In this document: positions 23,571 to 38,089 of the stretch, in pieces | Numbering within the stretch: the first letter of the stretch is position 1 | How the letters are laid out: each line of letters starts with the position of its first letter | DNA from: Camelus dromedarius | Taxonomy: Eukaryota | Direction of reading: 5' to 3' | NCBI RefSeq assembly: GCF_036321535.1 | Contig: NC_087436.1 | Span: 14,632,001-14,696,000, forward strand | Length of the DNA stretch: 64,000 nt | Made by a program: the position numbers and the translations under genes | Notes under the pieces: generated by a model | The model's input: only the letters and a program-made list of their open reading frames with translations | The model's database searches: none | Told to the model about the DNA's origin: nothing

Positions 23571-25028
23571 TGTAAAGAATATGAACACACACACACACAT
23601 AAATACACAAAGAGTTTTTTCTTTACATACCTTGGTCTTGTTGACTAGCTCTTAAGTAAGTGCTGACTTCTCTGCATTGAATTTTATTTTCTCTGTTTTT
23701 GGTGCTATTGAAGTTACAGGAAATTCAATAAGACCATCATGTGCATTTTGCTGGAGTTAGAATTTATCTTAATCAATATTTTGGGCAGCATTGCTGTCTA
23801 ATGTTCTGTCTAAAGAGGAGAGAAAGTAAAAAGAATTATACTCAGAATGAATGAGGTATGTAGCACAATTTCTGTCCCTTTTTCCCCCTCAGGCTTCTAT
23901 GCTCATAGATCTTTATGTTTGTGTGCTTTCTGGTTCTTTATCATTTAAAAATTAGATAAAAATCATGAATATCCGTGTAGAGTAGACTATGAGTTAAACA
24001 ATTCTTTGGGAAGGAGCATTTTAACTCAAGTAATATCTTACTTATTTTACAGACATTCAAATAAATAATAATCTGTGGTGGTTTATACTCTTACTCTTAT
24101 TTGCTTATTTTTAAATTTTACAGTGAATCATTTGTTTAGCCCATAGAAAGCATAAAAACAGATTTAACATCATCCTCTGTAACCTAACTTGACCTAGAAT
24201 GAAGTATCTTAGACGCTTGGCTTAATACTTGCAGTGCTATGTCACTTTTGCTTCAGCTTATGAAACTTAAACTTTTTCTAAAACATACTTATCCCTAATT
24301 TCCCTAGCCTGTCTGCAAGTTCAGATTTTATTTAGTTGGTTGGTCTAAGAAGGAATTGGCCTCAAGCAGTGGTTTTCATCCCTTTTACCACCCTTGTCTC
24401 AAGGTGTGGAAGTGGTGCTTTGGCCCTCAGCCAGAGTCGGAATGACTAACACTGGCAGCTGCAGCCCTGCTTTGGGGATGAGGCTCAGAGCAATTACAGT
24501 GCAGTGTGCCCAGCTCCTGCCTTCTGATCTCTTGATCCCTCTCCCTCAAGGTTGTATCGGAAGAGTGAGTTTATGTCTGTCCTCTTTTTTCTGAGGGTTC
24601 AGTTGGAGGAATAGGGGTTTAGGATTTAATTGCATTATCTTATTTAAGAAAGAAGATTAATCAGATCTCAGCTTTTCTGAAGAATGCAAATCTATCAGTG
24701 AGTTTTGCTGCATTTTAAATTAAAAACAAGAAAGCCAGCTAGACGAATCATATCATTTTCCCAAAGGAGAAGCCATCATAATGTTCAGGAGGAAAACTTC
24801 CAGTATACAGATTTGATGGGTGCTTTATCTTTCCCTTCCCTTCAAGATGAAATCATAAATAGTACTTTTAGGTATGTCTGTGTGGATAGCTACCTCCTTA
24901 AAAACAAAGTGTATTGAATTTAAATCTGTTTTCCCTAGTCACTCTTAAGTTGTGGATATAAATTATAGCTCTCTGTATACAAGGCCACAGGAGTGGACTG
25001 AGTACTAACAACAGCAGGGATAGATACA

Positions 25029-25030
<2 letters not shown>

Positions 25031-25070
<40 letters not shown>
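25031..25070. repeat. (TG)20 microsatellite with imperfect extension to about 25100
   Basis: Direct reading. Confidence 0.97.
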
Positions 25071-25071
<1 letters not shown>

Positions 25072-27474
25072 TGTGTATGTGTGTGTGTACACGTGTACGT
25101 GCTGTTGCTATGCTCTTTATTTGGAGGTCATTTGCTTTTATAAATATGGCAAGACGAATATAAAACTATTTGATTGCCAAGGCAGAGATGCCCTTCTGCA
25201 AAGTAGAATGTCAATATGAAGTTGGCCCATTTTCCTTTTTGTCCATTCTTGAAACGCTTCTTCTAGATTATTCTAATACTTTATTTTTCAACAACATTTT
25301 GAAAGCATCACATATTACTGTGTTACTTTAAAAGAAAATGTTAGTCACCCATGTTTATGAATCTTTTAAATACAGTAAATAGGGGGAAAGCTTTCACTAT
25401 TTCAAAGTTTATTTTGGAGCAGCTTTAAATTATTGATTATCATAAACATAAGACACTTTAAATTCTTAATACATAAGACACTTCTACAGACATTACCCTA
25501 AGCCACAATTTCTTTCAAGTCCTCTTAAACTGTGACTTTTGAGAAGAGTAGAGGTATAATAATTTATTTTCAGAATCCCATTTTTTTATATTAATGTAGG
25601 GTTAACCTTCTACATCTTACCCAGCACACCTTTCAAAAAAAATTTTTTTGGTAGTTTCTTAAACATACCCTTTGGACAGCTAGACTTACTTATTTGTCAT
25701 TACTGAACATGCTGTTTATGAAACTATGGTATTAAGGAGAAAAACCATTTTTGGTCCTTCATTGCATTGGTCTTTTTTTTTTTGAAAGCATATTGGAGAC
25801 TATCAAAACTCTTAGGACAATCTTTTTTCCCTATAGTCACCAAAGATTTATTCTAATGGGAGCCTATGGCAATAATATACAGTAGAAATTCCAGACTTTC
25901 TTAATGTTAAAAGTCAAGGGTCATGCCGGTCAAGAATTGGTGTTTATTAAGTCCATACTCTTTGCAAGTTCCCATGACGGTTAAGTAAGCAGAGGTTGCA
26001 GACAGGCCAAATGATTCACCCCAATATCACACTGTAAGTGGGAAGAGATTTTAAGCCAGATCTGCCTAATTTCAAAACAGCCCTCTTCTTTCCATGTGCT
26101 ATGCTGCCCCCTATAGTAGAAACATCACCAAACAAGATTTTCAATAGAAATGCAAGTCTATTTACGTTCTAGACTCTGGAGTGTGGTGACTTTCTAATAC
26201 CATACCACGTTTGAAATCAACAGAGCTATCCTTTAGAAAGTGCAGAGAGCTCAGTTAAGTGCTTTCCTTTGTAGTATTTAATGAATACTGAAGTTACAAG
26301 GACTCAAGGCTAAAGTTGTAACAGGAAGAAATGACAATGAAATTTGAGACAGGATAACAGATACCGCTCTCTCTGGAGTCCATCAAATGTGTTTCTTAAT
26401 TAGGAATTGTGTGCTAGCTATTTCTGTAAATTTGGCTCAATCTTTGCAAATTCTAAAGTCAACTTGCTTCCCCAGATAGGAATGCCCATCTCTTCAGTTT
26501 TTACACCCTATGTCAACAGTCTTATCATAATTAAGGACAAAAATATCTTGTTTTCTGAAGAGATGCCCAGCCCATGCTAAAGGCTCCTTTTCCATGTTTA
26601 ATGTAGAATATCAGCTCATTTTCTACTAAAATGAAAAGCAGATGAGATTACCATTAGGCCAGGTCTTGTATCCTCCTGATCTTCTCCTGAAGAGAACCAC
26701 ATTTGAGCACTGATCTCTGTTTCTTCCATATCAGTCATTAGTGTCTTCTATTTGTTCTCACATAACTTCATTCTTTACTTCAAATTAGTGTATTTTTTCC
26801 CATCCTGATTGTTAGATATCTCTTGGTAACTAAGCAGTTTTTAAAAAATCTTTTTTGCCTCAAATAAGAAATATATTTAGAAAAAAAATATACATATACA
26901 AATACATAGTCAAAGAAGCAGTATGTCTAGTGTCTAGTGTCTAGAGGCCTGAAACTTCTTCTTGTCTCTCGCTTCCAAACAATAGAGGAAGTAGGTACAA
27001 GAATCACTTGCCAATCAGGGAATCAAAATTACAGTTTTGTTTCTAGTCCACCATCCACCAACTACTCTCTTGAGCCAGAGCTACTGGGAAACTCTTCAGG
27101 ACCATGCGGGTAACATCTGCAATCTAATCAGGCTCTAAATTCTGTTGTATTTAGTTTAAGTTCTAGAGAGTGATGGCCATGTCAGGAAGCCCCTGGCCTT
27201 GTCTTGTTCCTGTAAGAGAAAGAATTTAGATTTGAACTCTGTTCAGTGTAGAGATGTCCAGAGAGCATAAAGTGCTGTATAAGGCATCAGTCATCTTGAA
27301 TTAAATCCACTAGGACACATAACCCAACAGGTAGCCGTGTCCCCTACATTTGTGAAGGAGGACAAACTAGAAAATTCACTCAGCCCAGTTTAACTCAATT
27401 TTAAGCATGTGGAGAGAGGAGAGTGAAAGTGGAGGGAAGAGGACACACTGGAGGAGATGAATTCTCCGCTAACA

Positions 27475-27680
27475 GAGTGAAGAGCTTTTCAAACTTGAGC
27501 TTGAGTTCTGATTTTGCCACTCATTTTATGACCATACATATGTAATCTAATTGATCTGTTCTATCTGTAAAATAAGACTGTAATACCTACTTCACTGGGT
27601 TTTTGTAAGGACTAAGTAAAATAATGTATGTAAAGCAAGTAGTGTTGTGCCTGGGACACGTGGGTAGTTTACAGGTGTAA
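27475..27680 (+). mobile_element. MIR SINE
   Basis: ctatctgtaaaataagactgtaatacctacttcactgggtttttgtaaggactaagtaaaataatgtatgtaaagc. Confidence 0.8.
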
Positions 27681-30599
27681 GCCTGTGACCTCATTTTGTC
27701 TGTCTGTCTCCTGTCCCTCATCCCTCATCTCACGCAATACACTTCATTTCCCACAGAAGATATCAGTGTATATACTTTTTATGACTGTTAATGTTCAGTC
27801 ATATCTCCCTCTAGTGGAAAAAGATATTAATGGAGAAATAGATAAATACTTTTAAAAGAGTGTGCAGGAGGATCGGGACATATGGTAATAAGCTGGGCCC
27901 ATTTCTAATAAAAATTAAAATATAACACATCTCCAAGGGGATGCTATGTACAGATCTTCCTACTTGATATGTATGTACCATTTCCTTCCATTAGATTTTG
28001 TCAGTTTCTTTAAATTTTCTTCTTCAGAAACATCTGTATACTTAAATGCTTTGTGAATTTTATAATTGGATGTCAAAATGAACTTTAGTATATGGTCAAT
28101 TTCTAATTAATTCCTATTAGTGCAGTTTAAAAAATACTTACTAACATTATTTTAAACCATAATAGCTCTAAATGTTGGTCATGTTTAAATCTATATCCTA
28201 TTCACTGCAAATAATTAAAAATTATTTTAATTATGGATTTTAATTATAGACCAAAAAAAATCTTCCCATAGAATGTTGGATTTCAAAATGTTTTATAGTG
28301 TTCCATTGATTTGTACTTTACACAGATGATAAACTTCTCTGAAATACCCACAAATACCACAAATAGTTATACTCAAAATGTTCCTGAGGCAGTCGCTTCA
28401 TATGTAGATAATTAAAATGAACTGCTCTTTATTAATGTTGTTTTTGCTGGTGATAGAGAAGATGCTATGGAGAAGATAAAGGAGATATCATGGTGGGTTC
28501 TCTTTTCACTTTGGTAGGTGACTCCAAAATTATGTATCCAGCTCCTGTCATTCACCCAAACCTCAGTCCTGCATTTCTGTCTATCTATTGGACATTGTCA
28601 CCTGAGCAGTCCACTGAAAACTAAAACTACCTTTCCTTTCTTCCTACCAATTTTTTATTTTCCTTTTAGATTTTCTAGTCTCTTAGTATTCTGGTCTTCT
28701 CGTCATTTGGTGGGAAAATGGTTTGACCTTTTCTTTATCCAAGCCTATGGGTCTGCTGAAAGAGTTTAACAGATGAGAACTCTTGATCTTCAGTTTTCTT
28801 ACCCTCAGGCACTTGTGAGATAAAAATTGGAGAGTCAGTGTTTAAAAATTAAAGGGCATCTTTGCTTAGGTTTCTGTTTCAATAGGCTGTAATGCCATGT
28901 CCTGGACAGTGTGTTGGCAGTATGAATGATTGGATGAATTTTTTAAACTGAATTTTTAGTTCAGTAACCTCAATATAAATATCGAGTGCCCCATTTCCCA
29001 CTGATGAAGCCAAATTCCATAGGTGGACATTTGAAGTCTGTTATTGTCTTACCAGTTTCGTTTTAGCTGATTCTATCTCCATTCCTCCACTTCCTTTTAA
29101 TAAATCCTCCCCCCGCCAGGCAGATCCTTCAAAATCCAGGCCAAATTCCATCTCTATCTTTACAGCTTCCTAGAATTAGAAGATTCAATTCCTTGAACCC
29201 ATTGTTGGTTCTCTACGTTGTGCAGTTCATTTGGTATTATCTTGTGACTTTGGGGGTAAGTTTTGTCTTGTTGACGTTTAATTCTTTTACCTTTTCTGAA
29301 CAGTAGAAATTTGATATATTTGTCTCTAGTGCTGATTCAGGTTGAAAGTTGAAATTTCACAAATTGTAGTGTGAGCGATTCTCATTTCACCTTATAAGAT
29401 GTACCCAAGCTGGACTATAAATTATAAATAGGCATGCCATTTAAGTTCAGTTTAAAACTCAGATTTTCAATATAAAGATGATTACATTGAGGAATATTAT
29501 AATAACATAGCAGTTTGAGAGTAAAATTCCCCTGAGGAGAAGTTAAAAACCACAATTTAAGAACCATGTTGCTAAGATACAGAAATCAATTGAAGGCAAC
29601 TCATACAGTCATTAAAAATCATATTTTAAAGGAAATTTAATAATAGGTAAAGCTTACAAATACAATATTTACTAAAAATATAAATGTGATCCTGACTATG
29701 AAATAAACTTACAATAATTCCCTCCCCCATATATATGCATGAGAAAAGATCAGAAAGAAACCAAATGTTAGGAGTTACCTCTGAATGTGGTTGAATTATT
29801 TTTATTTTTTTCTTACATGCTTTTCACAATTTCCCAAGCTTGTTACAACAGGTATATATTACTGTTACTTATTAGAAAAAAAAAAACTGTATCTACTAGA
29901 AACTAATTCTGACATACTTAGTCTTTTGATAACTTTCACAATGTATAATACTCAGTGGAAGACTGGATAAAAAGACACCTTTCACAAGGAAGGGCATTAT
30001 ATAATGATCTCTTCGTGAACATGCAGCTGAGCATAGTGGAAGAAAGCAATGCAGCCTTTAACAGTTCAATGTGTAGCCAATTCCTCACATCTCCATGACT
30101 CAGGTGCCATCCTAGCAATTCTCTAAGGTCAACTTAACCACATTATTAGAAGAGCAGTAGTTAGCATGGTGGTGTCTTTGTTTTTAAGACATTTATTTAA
30201 TATGTGGTTTCTTTAGAGAGTTACTTAAGAGTAGCCTTGACAGCACTTTTGGCTCTCCCTAAAACACGAGTGTCTTTCATTTAAAAATCATTCTGTGAGC
30301 AATTTCAGAGTCTGTCTTTTAAAGTATAATTCTAAAGTGCTTTACCAGGAAGTCACCAGTGCTCTCCCTCCCCTTCCCTATTCCCAACCTCTCATTTCTT
30401 CAAACTAATTAATATATTTAAACTGCTTAGGTTTTCCATCCTAATTTTAAGTCTCCTGAGATAGACTCCGAAGGGGACCTTTGAGATCACCAAGTCCAAA
30501 CCTGCTTTATCAAGAGACTCAAGCTTGAAAATGAAGTCATCACTAGGGCATACTACAGTGTGAAGCAGCATTATATTTTTAGACAGTTCTTCATGTTGA

Positions 30600-30862
30600 C
30601 ATCTATTATTCTTCTTTGGTCCTTGCTCTTCCATGTAGAGCAGTGATAGCCTTTCCTTACAGGAGAAGACTGCTGTCATGTTCATCCGTAATCTTTTCTC
30701 CAGACTTCATGCCTTCAGTGTGTTTTCCAGGATCACCATCCTGGTTGCCCTTCTCTGGACAAATTGATCTTGAAGTGTTGTGTCCTGTAGTCAACGGTGG
30801 TGCTGCTTGGTGCAGTAGAGCCAGACTATTACCTGTTCTTACTCTGAATCTCATCAGTGCAG
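30600..30862 (-). mobile_element. CR1/L3 LINE fragment
   Basis: caccatcctggttgcccttctctggaca...cagtagagccagactattacct matches the antisense CR1/L3 ORF2 end. Confidence 0.65.
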
Positions 30863-30884
30863 TGGAGAACAGCATTAATAATAA

Positions 30885-31120
30885 TGCTACTACTACTACT
30901 AAACCATTTATTGAGCACTATTTACTATGTGCTAGAACACTGTGCTAAATAATTTACATATATAACCTCATTTAATCTTAACAGTCCTGTTATGTAGGTT
31001 CTAATTTTTATCTCCATGTCAGAGATGAGAAACAAGTGGAGAGAAGTTAAGTAATTCATGAGTGGTCAGTCATCCGGTAAGTAGTGGGGCTAGGAATGTG
31101 AACCTAGAACTTGTCCTGGG
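30885..31120 (-). mobile_element. MIR SINE
   Basis: catttattgagcac...tactatgtgctagaacactgtgctaa...ctcatttaatctt...agagatgagaaac. Confidence 0.88.
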
Positions 31121-31519
31121 TCCAAGTTAAAATTTGTTAAAATTTGAAAATTCAGTGAAACAGTAATTTGGGGAGGAAGTGGGCAATAGAATTATCCGTA
31201 AAGCCACCTAACACCTGTTTTTGTGCCCCCTCTCCAAAAGTTGCCCCATCTTAATCTCTACTCCCATAGTATCTTTATTATGACTCATATTGTATTAAAA
31301 TTGTTTTTCTGTCTCCCTCCTATTCACACCCTTTGATTTCTTATTTATCTTGCCTGATAGTGCTTATCATGTATAAGACATCCCAATACCTAATAATTTG
31401 TCAGTAAATAATTACTGAATAAATTTTTACATACGACTTGCCAGACCTTGACCACATGGAGACATAGTTTGCATAGCTAGGGTCAGTGTGTAGACTGTTT
31501 TGCATTCCTGCTTCTTGTA

Positions 31520-33362
31520 ACATCCATGTGCAGGTTTTGTTGTAGGCATTTTCAACTCCTTTGGTTAAATACCAATGAGCATGATTGCTGGGTCGTATGG
31601 TAAGGATATTTTAATTTTGTAAGAAATTGCCAAACTGTCTTCCAGAGTGACTGTACCATTTGCATTCCCACCAGCAATGAATGAGAGAGTTCTGTTGCCA
31701 GCATTTGATATTGTTAATGTTTTGGATTTTGGCAATTCTAATAGACGTGTAGTGGCATTTCATTGTTGTAAGTCTTCAGCATGTCCAAGGTCATCTACGT
31801 TTTCTTCTATATTATCTTCTAGGAGTTTTATAGTTTTGTGTTTTACATTTAGGTCTATGATACATTTTGAGTTAATTTTGGCATGTGCATGTCTGGTTGT
31901 TCAGCTCCATTTGTTGAATAGACAGACTGTTTCATTGTATTGCCTTTGCTCCTTTGTCAAAGATATTTATGTAGGTCTGTTTCTGGGCCCTTTATTTTGT
32001 AAATTTTTTTTTTTTTTTTGTATCCACAACATCTTTCTCTACTTTTATAGGGTAACCTATGAAATTCATTGTTGGATAGCTTTTCTCTGTTGATTACAAC
32101 CCTGGTGTATAGGTTGGGTATGTAACATTAGGCAGAGTTGTGTGCTGAAAAGAATAGGAGGTAAGAAGTCCTATCTGCTCTCTCTCACCATCTCCTTGAG
32201 CTCATTTCTTCATCATTAAACTAGGAATATGGTACCTGTTCTTATTGCAAATGGTTGTGTAGAGTTTAAATGAGGTAATGAATGTGAAATGCTTTGCAAG
32301 TTTTAAAAGGCTGTGCAAACATATGATGTGATCATTTTTATTGACCTCGTTATGTCCATGTAAGATGACATGGTCATCAGCAAGGCAGGGATTTATCCAG
32401 TGTTGCTCTTGCATATTTTTTCTTATTCATTTACTTTACTGGGTTTCTTTTTCCCGTGTCAAGATTTGCATCTTTGTTCTTGTGATCAGTGAGAGATTCC
32501 TTCCAACGTGATGAGGTAAACCTAAATGGTGATAAGCTCATTATTACAAGCTACAAGACCTACTTATTGCTGAGAAATGCTTGCACATTATCAATAAAAC
32601 AAGTTTGGAAAGGAAAATGAGGACATTTTGTTCTTTTGATCCATTTGTCTATTTGTTTACCAGTACCACACTGTCTTGATTATGGTAGCTTTATATTAAT
32701 CCTTGAAGTTGAATGGTGTCAGTCCTCTGACTTTGGTCTTTTCTTTCAATATTGAATTGAGTATTCTGGGTCTTTTGTCTCTCCATATAAACTTTAGAAT
32801 CAGCTTATCAGTATCCACAAAATTACTTTCTTGGATTTTAGTTGGGATTGCATTGAATCACATCAGATGGTGAAAAACTGACATCTTGACAATAATAAGT
32901 CTTCATATCTAAGAACATGGACTCTCTATCTCTCCATTTAGTTAGTTCTTTATCTTTCATCAGAGTCTTGCAGTTTTCCTCATACAGATCTTGTGCTTAT
33001 TTTGTTAGATTTATGCCTAGGTGTTTCATTTGAGGGGGTGCTATTGTAAAGGATAACATGTTTTTAATTTCAAATTCACTCGTTCATTGCTGATATATAG
33101 GAAGGTGGTTGACCTTTGTGTATTAACCTTTTATCCTGTATCCTTGCTATAGTCGCTTATTAGTTCCAGAATTTTTTTTTGTTGTTTTTGTTGTTGATTC
33201 TTTCTGATTTTCTTCATAGATGATCGTGTCATATGTGACTAAATTATTTCTTCCTAATGTACATGTTCTTTATTTTCTTTTCTTGCCTTACTGCGTTAGC
33301 TAGGATTCCCAGTACAATATTGAAATTAGTGAGACAAGACATCCTTGCCTTGTTCCTGATCT
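31520..33362 (-). mobile_element. LINE-1 (ORF2/3' region, internally deleted), interrupted at 32001-32624
   Basis: Antisense ORF2 phrases tctaggagttttatagttt, ccagtaccacactgtcttgattatggtagcttt, ttgggattgcattgaat, gacatccttgccttgttcctgatctta. Confidence 0.9.
32001..32624 (-). other. Retroposed non-L1 sequence (poly-A tail, short TSD) inserted in L1
   Basis: T16 at 32004-32019. attttgt at 31994-32000 and 32625-32631. L1 text resumes in register either side. Contains a MIR-like piece at about 32195-32325. Confidence 0.7.
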
Positions 33363-36300
33363 TATTTCCTTCAGCTTGTTTCTGTCCTACTCTGTACCTC
33401 AGCAGCAGCAATTTGTTTGACATTTCTGAGCATAGAGGAATTCAGGCTACTTTGATACCTTTGTACCTTATCTTTGATACCTTTTTCCTTATCTTTTAAA
33501 TGTCTTCCTCATCCTATAGCCTCCTTCAGATTTCTATGTTTCTTTCTAAGATCTTTTTCAAATCTCACCTGCTTTAAGGATATTTCATAGAACTCTGAGC
33601 AAAATTCTGTATCTCCACTAGGTCTTAGTTTTTGATGTATTTTGTGATAGTTATAGACAGCTTTGGTTTTTTTTTTTTTAATTCATGTATATTTAGATTG
33701 CTGATTCTCTAGATTATTGATTCATTAGATTGTAGATTCTCTAAGATTGTGCTGTGTCTTACAGGACCTTGTACTTTGCGTGCAGAAAATGCTTAAAAAA
33801 TTGAATTCGATTTCCAGAAAACAAAATCTTATGTATTTTTTACAAACACAGCCTGGCTTAATTCCTGTTCCACTTAATGTAAATGCTTATAGATTTTTGA
33901 ACCTAAGTACAAGATTTTTAATTGGTCCCTATTAGATTTTCTGTTGTTACTTGCCATTGTGCCTCCATCCTCGCTAAGTTTACCTTTTGGCTCCTTCTTT
34001 ACCAAGTTCTTCTTTACTAAGATTGTTTTGTATCAAAATTCTATCTTCCAGCAGATTCACAGTCATTCCCAGTTTGTAGTTCTCAAGGCATTTATATCCA
34101 CATTCAAATAATTAAATCAGTGGTATCTTCAGTGAGGAAGTGAAAACTAGGCTGGGACCTAAAGGATAGATAAGATTTTGGGAGGCTGTAAAGAAATGAA
34201 AATGAGGAGTCATAACTTTTTTGAATAGTGGCAGAATTTTTAGAAGTAAGTATAGAGCCTTTCTAGGTGACTGACTGAATTTATTCCAGATATCTATATG
34301 GGTTTATATTGGGCAAATTTGTTTAAATTTTCTTTTTATCCTACCTGTTTCTAATAATTTACTGACGGCTAAATGGTACTTTGAGGGTTCATTTGTAGAG
34401 TTTCCATGCTGGAGTCAACTTACTACCTTGACATTTGGGGGACTGATCTTGATGCCAAGTACAAAAGCTTCAGATCTTCCCTGTGGTTTCTGAAGTTTTA
34501 ACTCAGAAATATTATATGCTTAAGGTTATAGGAAGTGAATGACAGGGCCGGGGGATATACTTTAGATCTTGCTTATACCAGTCCTTGCCTTCCCTCTCCA
34601 AAGCTCCAATATATAAACAATAAATATAAATACATGTTTTAAAAACCTGTAATAAACTTAGGTCCATTTTGAAATTAGTGTTTCATCAAGTTTATTTAGA
34701 CAGTGATAATCAACTTTTATGGAATAAAAAGTAATGATCAATTTTTAAACCTTTTCACCAGTGATTACAATCTTAATTTGCTTGTGAGTCTACTTTTTTA
34801 CTTTGACTCTTGTCCCAAAAATCTCAGTCTCATCTTTGACCTTTCTTCTGGGGGATACAATTTTCATGTATTTCATTGCTTTGGTTGCTGTAATGAATGT
34901 CTATTATCTATAAATTATGATAAAGGGAAAAACCAAGTTGGATGAATTATAGAAATAGAACACAGATAAAAGAAAATATGATTTGCGAATTTAGATTAGT
35001 TGCATTTTAAATGCCTACCTAATTTGTATCATGGCACTATTATTTTTGTTTATTATTTGAAAATTCAATACTGTTTAGTTTTAACTGAGAAATGCTATTT
35101 CTTTTCCATTTAGGATTGAGATTTTCTTTTTAATGGTAAGTCTTTAAGGACATTTCATAATTCTTTCAGTGGATACTCTAAACATGGATAGCAGTTCAAA
35201 AGAAAACACAGAAGTAAATCCAGAGATGATACAACACATTTGGGTCTGTGTGGAAGTCATACATGAATATGTTTAGCGTACTTAGTAAATCAGAGGAAGT
35301 TTTTTTTTTTTTTAATATGAAACACCATTAAGAATTCATCTGTTTCTTTATTGAACACTAGAGGGCCATACAGCACCTTATTGCTGTTGATGAAAGAGCT
35401 GCTTTTAATGTATTTAAATATGTTTAGTAAGTACTGTTCTCTCTTCTACTTTGTGTTCTAGTACACTATTTCTTGTTTAGAATTAGAAATTAATATTTGG
35501 AGTAGTTATGTACAGTGTCATGTAATACGTGAGATACCTAGGATTGTCTTTTTTTTAACCCTCAACTAGCATATATTTGTTTTGCTATTTTTAAACGGCA
35601 GTAACAACAAAAGGTGAAGAAAGAGTGAGCCCTGTGGTAAAAGTACATATGCGCCCAAACTTACTGTATTTTGGGAATATGTGTAAGCTTTTTGAAAATT
35701 TCTCAAGTATCTGCACATCAGTGCATTAAAAACAAAACTCTTGTCATTGTTCGTTGCTCTGGGCATCCTCAGCGTAGATGTGAGAAGAGAATGATCCCTC
35801 CAAGAGGCTCTCTCCCTTGTTCACATTTTCTCTTTTGTTAACATTGAAGGTAATATTTCAGGGCATAGCCTGAACATCCTGAACTAAAGAATATTTGAGC
35901 AAACACCTCTTCTTCCTCAATTTCTTTTGCTTGCTTGGGATGACAAAATGAGAAATACAATCTACAGGTCCCAAACAGGTGCTGTGAATGAGTGAACAAA
36001 GTCATGATTGAGCCAGTAAGATTGCTCAGGCTCTTATGAACTACAAGGCACATGCCTTCCCTAAAAGGTGCTAACATTCAGTAGAAAGGAAATAGAAAAA
36101 CATTGTGCAGCCTCCAAAAAAACTGACTTTGAGCGACACTTGACCTATGGGCTACTATTTATCTTTGATGGCTTCTAAAAAGAAGTTCAGCAGCTTAAGT
36201 ATAGCCTTTGGATCACTACCATTTTCTGAAAACCATACTTATTGCTGTATTTTAAAAGATTAACATTAGCTTAAGTCATTAAATACAGAGCTTAAATTCT

Positions 36301-36964
36301 GTTCTTTTTGCTCAGGTAGTAAAATTAGCTATTAATAGCATAATTTATTTGGTGAATGTTAATTAGTCAGTAACGTAAACAAGGGGAAAAAAACAGATTG
36401 GTATCTGGATATGGTGAGAAACACCTAACCTCTTCCTACTTGAGAAGAAGAAATATTAGATGCAGTCGATGGATTGAAGACATTAAAGTTTTGCATTTTT
36501 AACATGTATCTGGAGAAAACATTAGCTTTACTGTAAGTTAAAATTTGGTTCAATTTAGCAATATTATTAAGCTCTGAAAGAATTGCCATTTTTCTTCTAA
36601 GATGTGCCAGTTTCATACTAGCTTTTATGGGAGTGAGGAGAGTGAGGTGTTAAGGCACATTGCTGTGTTGAATGCATGCATACATCCACTATAAGGGCAT
36701 TGCATTTTAGAGAGGTTAATGGGGGAAGGGCAAGTGAGAACTGATGGTATGTGGTAATTTACAAAGGTAAAAGATCACTTTGATTGCCTAAAAGGTCAGA
36801 AGGTTTGGGAAAAACAGGTTAGTATGAATACTAGAAGTGTTTCTACAATACCATTTACCTGTACTTGTATTATAACTAATTTCCATCAGAGATTCCTTGA
36901 CTATGCTGAACTGATTTTCAACCAGAAAATCTTCTTAACCTCACTTATTCCCCCATCATAGTTC

Positions 36965-37237
36965 ATAGGAGACACAAATTCAAGAGGCATAGGGGCCAGA
37001 AAGGTAATTTAAATGAGTGAAACAGACTAAATATAAGACCCAGGGAGCCAAAGCATCTCTAAAGGGGATGACTGTGAAAACTGTGATTCTGACATTGCCG
37101 TATTTTCCAATTTTTCAAAATTCACTGGAGTTCCATATTTTTCTGTGATAATTTCTCAATTTTTTACATGTTGGCATATACATTTTTCAAAAGCATTTCT
37201 GTGGGTTGGTTTGACCTATGGACCACCTATTTTCAGT
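36965..37237 (+). mobile_element. hAT-Charlie MITE (MER102-like)
   Basis: aggggccagaaaggtaatttaaatgagtgaaac...ataagac...gttggtttgacctatggaccacc. Confidence 0.65.
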
Positions 37238-37675
37238 GGACACTATATATGGAAGAAGAGTGAGCTGTTCATCACTCATTGCAGAATTAAAACAGTTTGC
37301 ACCCGGTGCACATCCATTAAGGGCGTTGAGGCGGTTGGAGTGGAAGTGCAACATACATAGCGTATCAAGTGTCTTAGCAGGGACCTAAGGACTTTTTCTT
37401 TATGAATTTATATACTGGTTTTAGGCATTGAGCTGCCAGATGAATTAGCCGCATTTAAAAGAAATTTGTATCCTAATTTTCACAAGGAATTTGAGATGGG
37501 CTGTATATGGGAGAAATACATATAATAAAGCGATCAAGTGTACATGGAAATCAGAACCAGGAAAAATACTGGAGTAGACTATGAAGACAAGACCATGAGA
37601 AGAGTTAAGGAATGAATTATGAGTTGGAGTAAGCTGTTAATAGGTTACTGGTTAGCGACTCATAAGGGCCTGCAC

Positions 37676-37840
37676 CAGTATTCTTCAAAGTGTGACCCAT
37701 CAGAACCATCTGGAATGCATACTAAAAATGCAAGCTGCTGGGTTACACTCCAGAAGTACTTAGCCAAATCTCTAAGGGCAGGATATTTTTAACACGCTCC
37801 CACATGATTCTAATGGAGGCTAAAGTTTGCACAACAGTAG
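37676..37840. mobile_element. MER5-type hAT MITE
   Basis: cagtattcttcaaagtgtg...catcagaaccatctggaatgc...aaaaatgca...tgattctaatg...taaagtttg. Confidence 0.8.
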
Positions 37841-37922
37841 CCTATTAGTTTGTCTCTGTGCTTCCTTGTGATAAAATTAAGAGGAGAGAGTGCTGAGTCC
37901 TCTCAAGAGAAAACGTGTCAGT

Positions 37923-37937
37923 CACACACACGCACGC

Positions 37938-37985
<48 letters not shown>
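37923..37985. repeat. (CA)n microsatellite with CG interruptions
   Basis: Direct reading. Confidence 0.97.
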
Positions 37986-37987
<2 letters not shown>

Positions 37988-38089
37988 TTTCCTAATACAA
38001 TATAAAAGGAATTTCTCACATGGGGCTTCATGATGAAGTAGACTGTGCCCTCAATAAGGTAACATCTAACAAACGCACCAGTGCTTATC

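Noticed and set aside
15000..28000. Young inverted SINE pair driving back-splicing
   Set aside because: No high-identity inverted repeats seen flanking the circularising exons; only old, divergent MIR/L1/L2 pieces.
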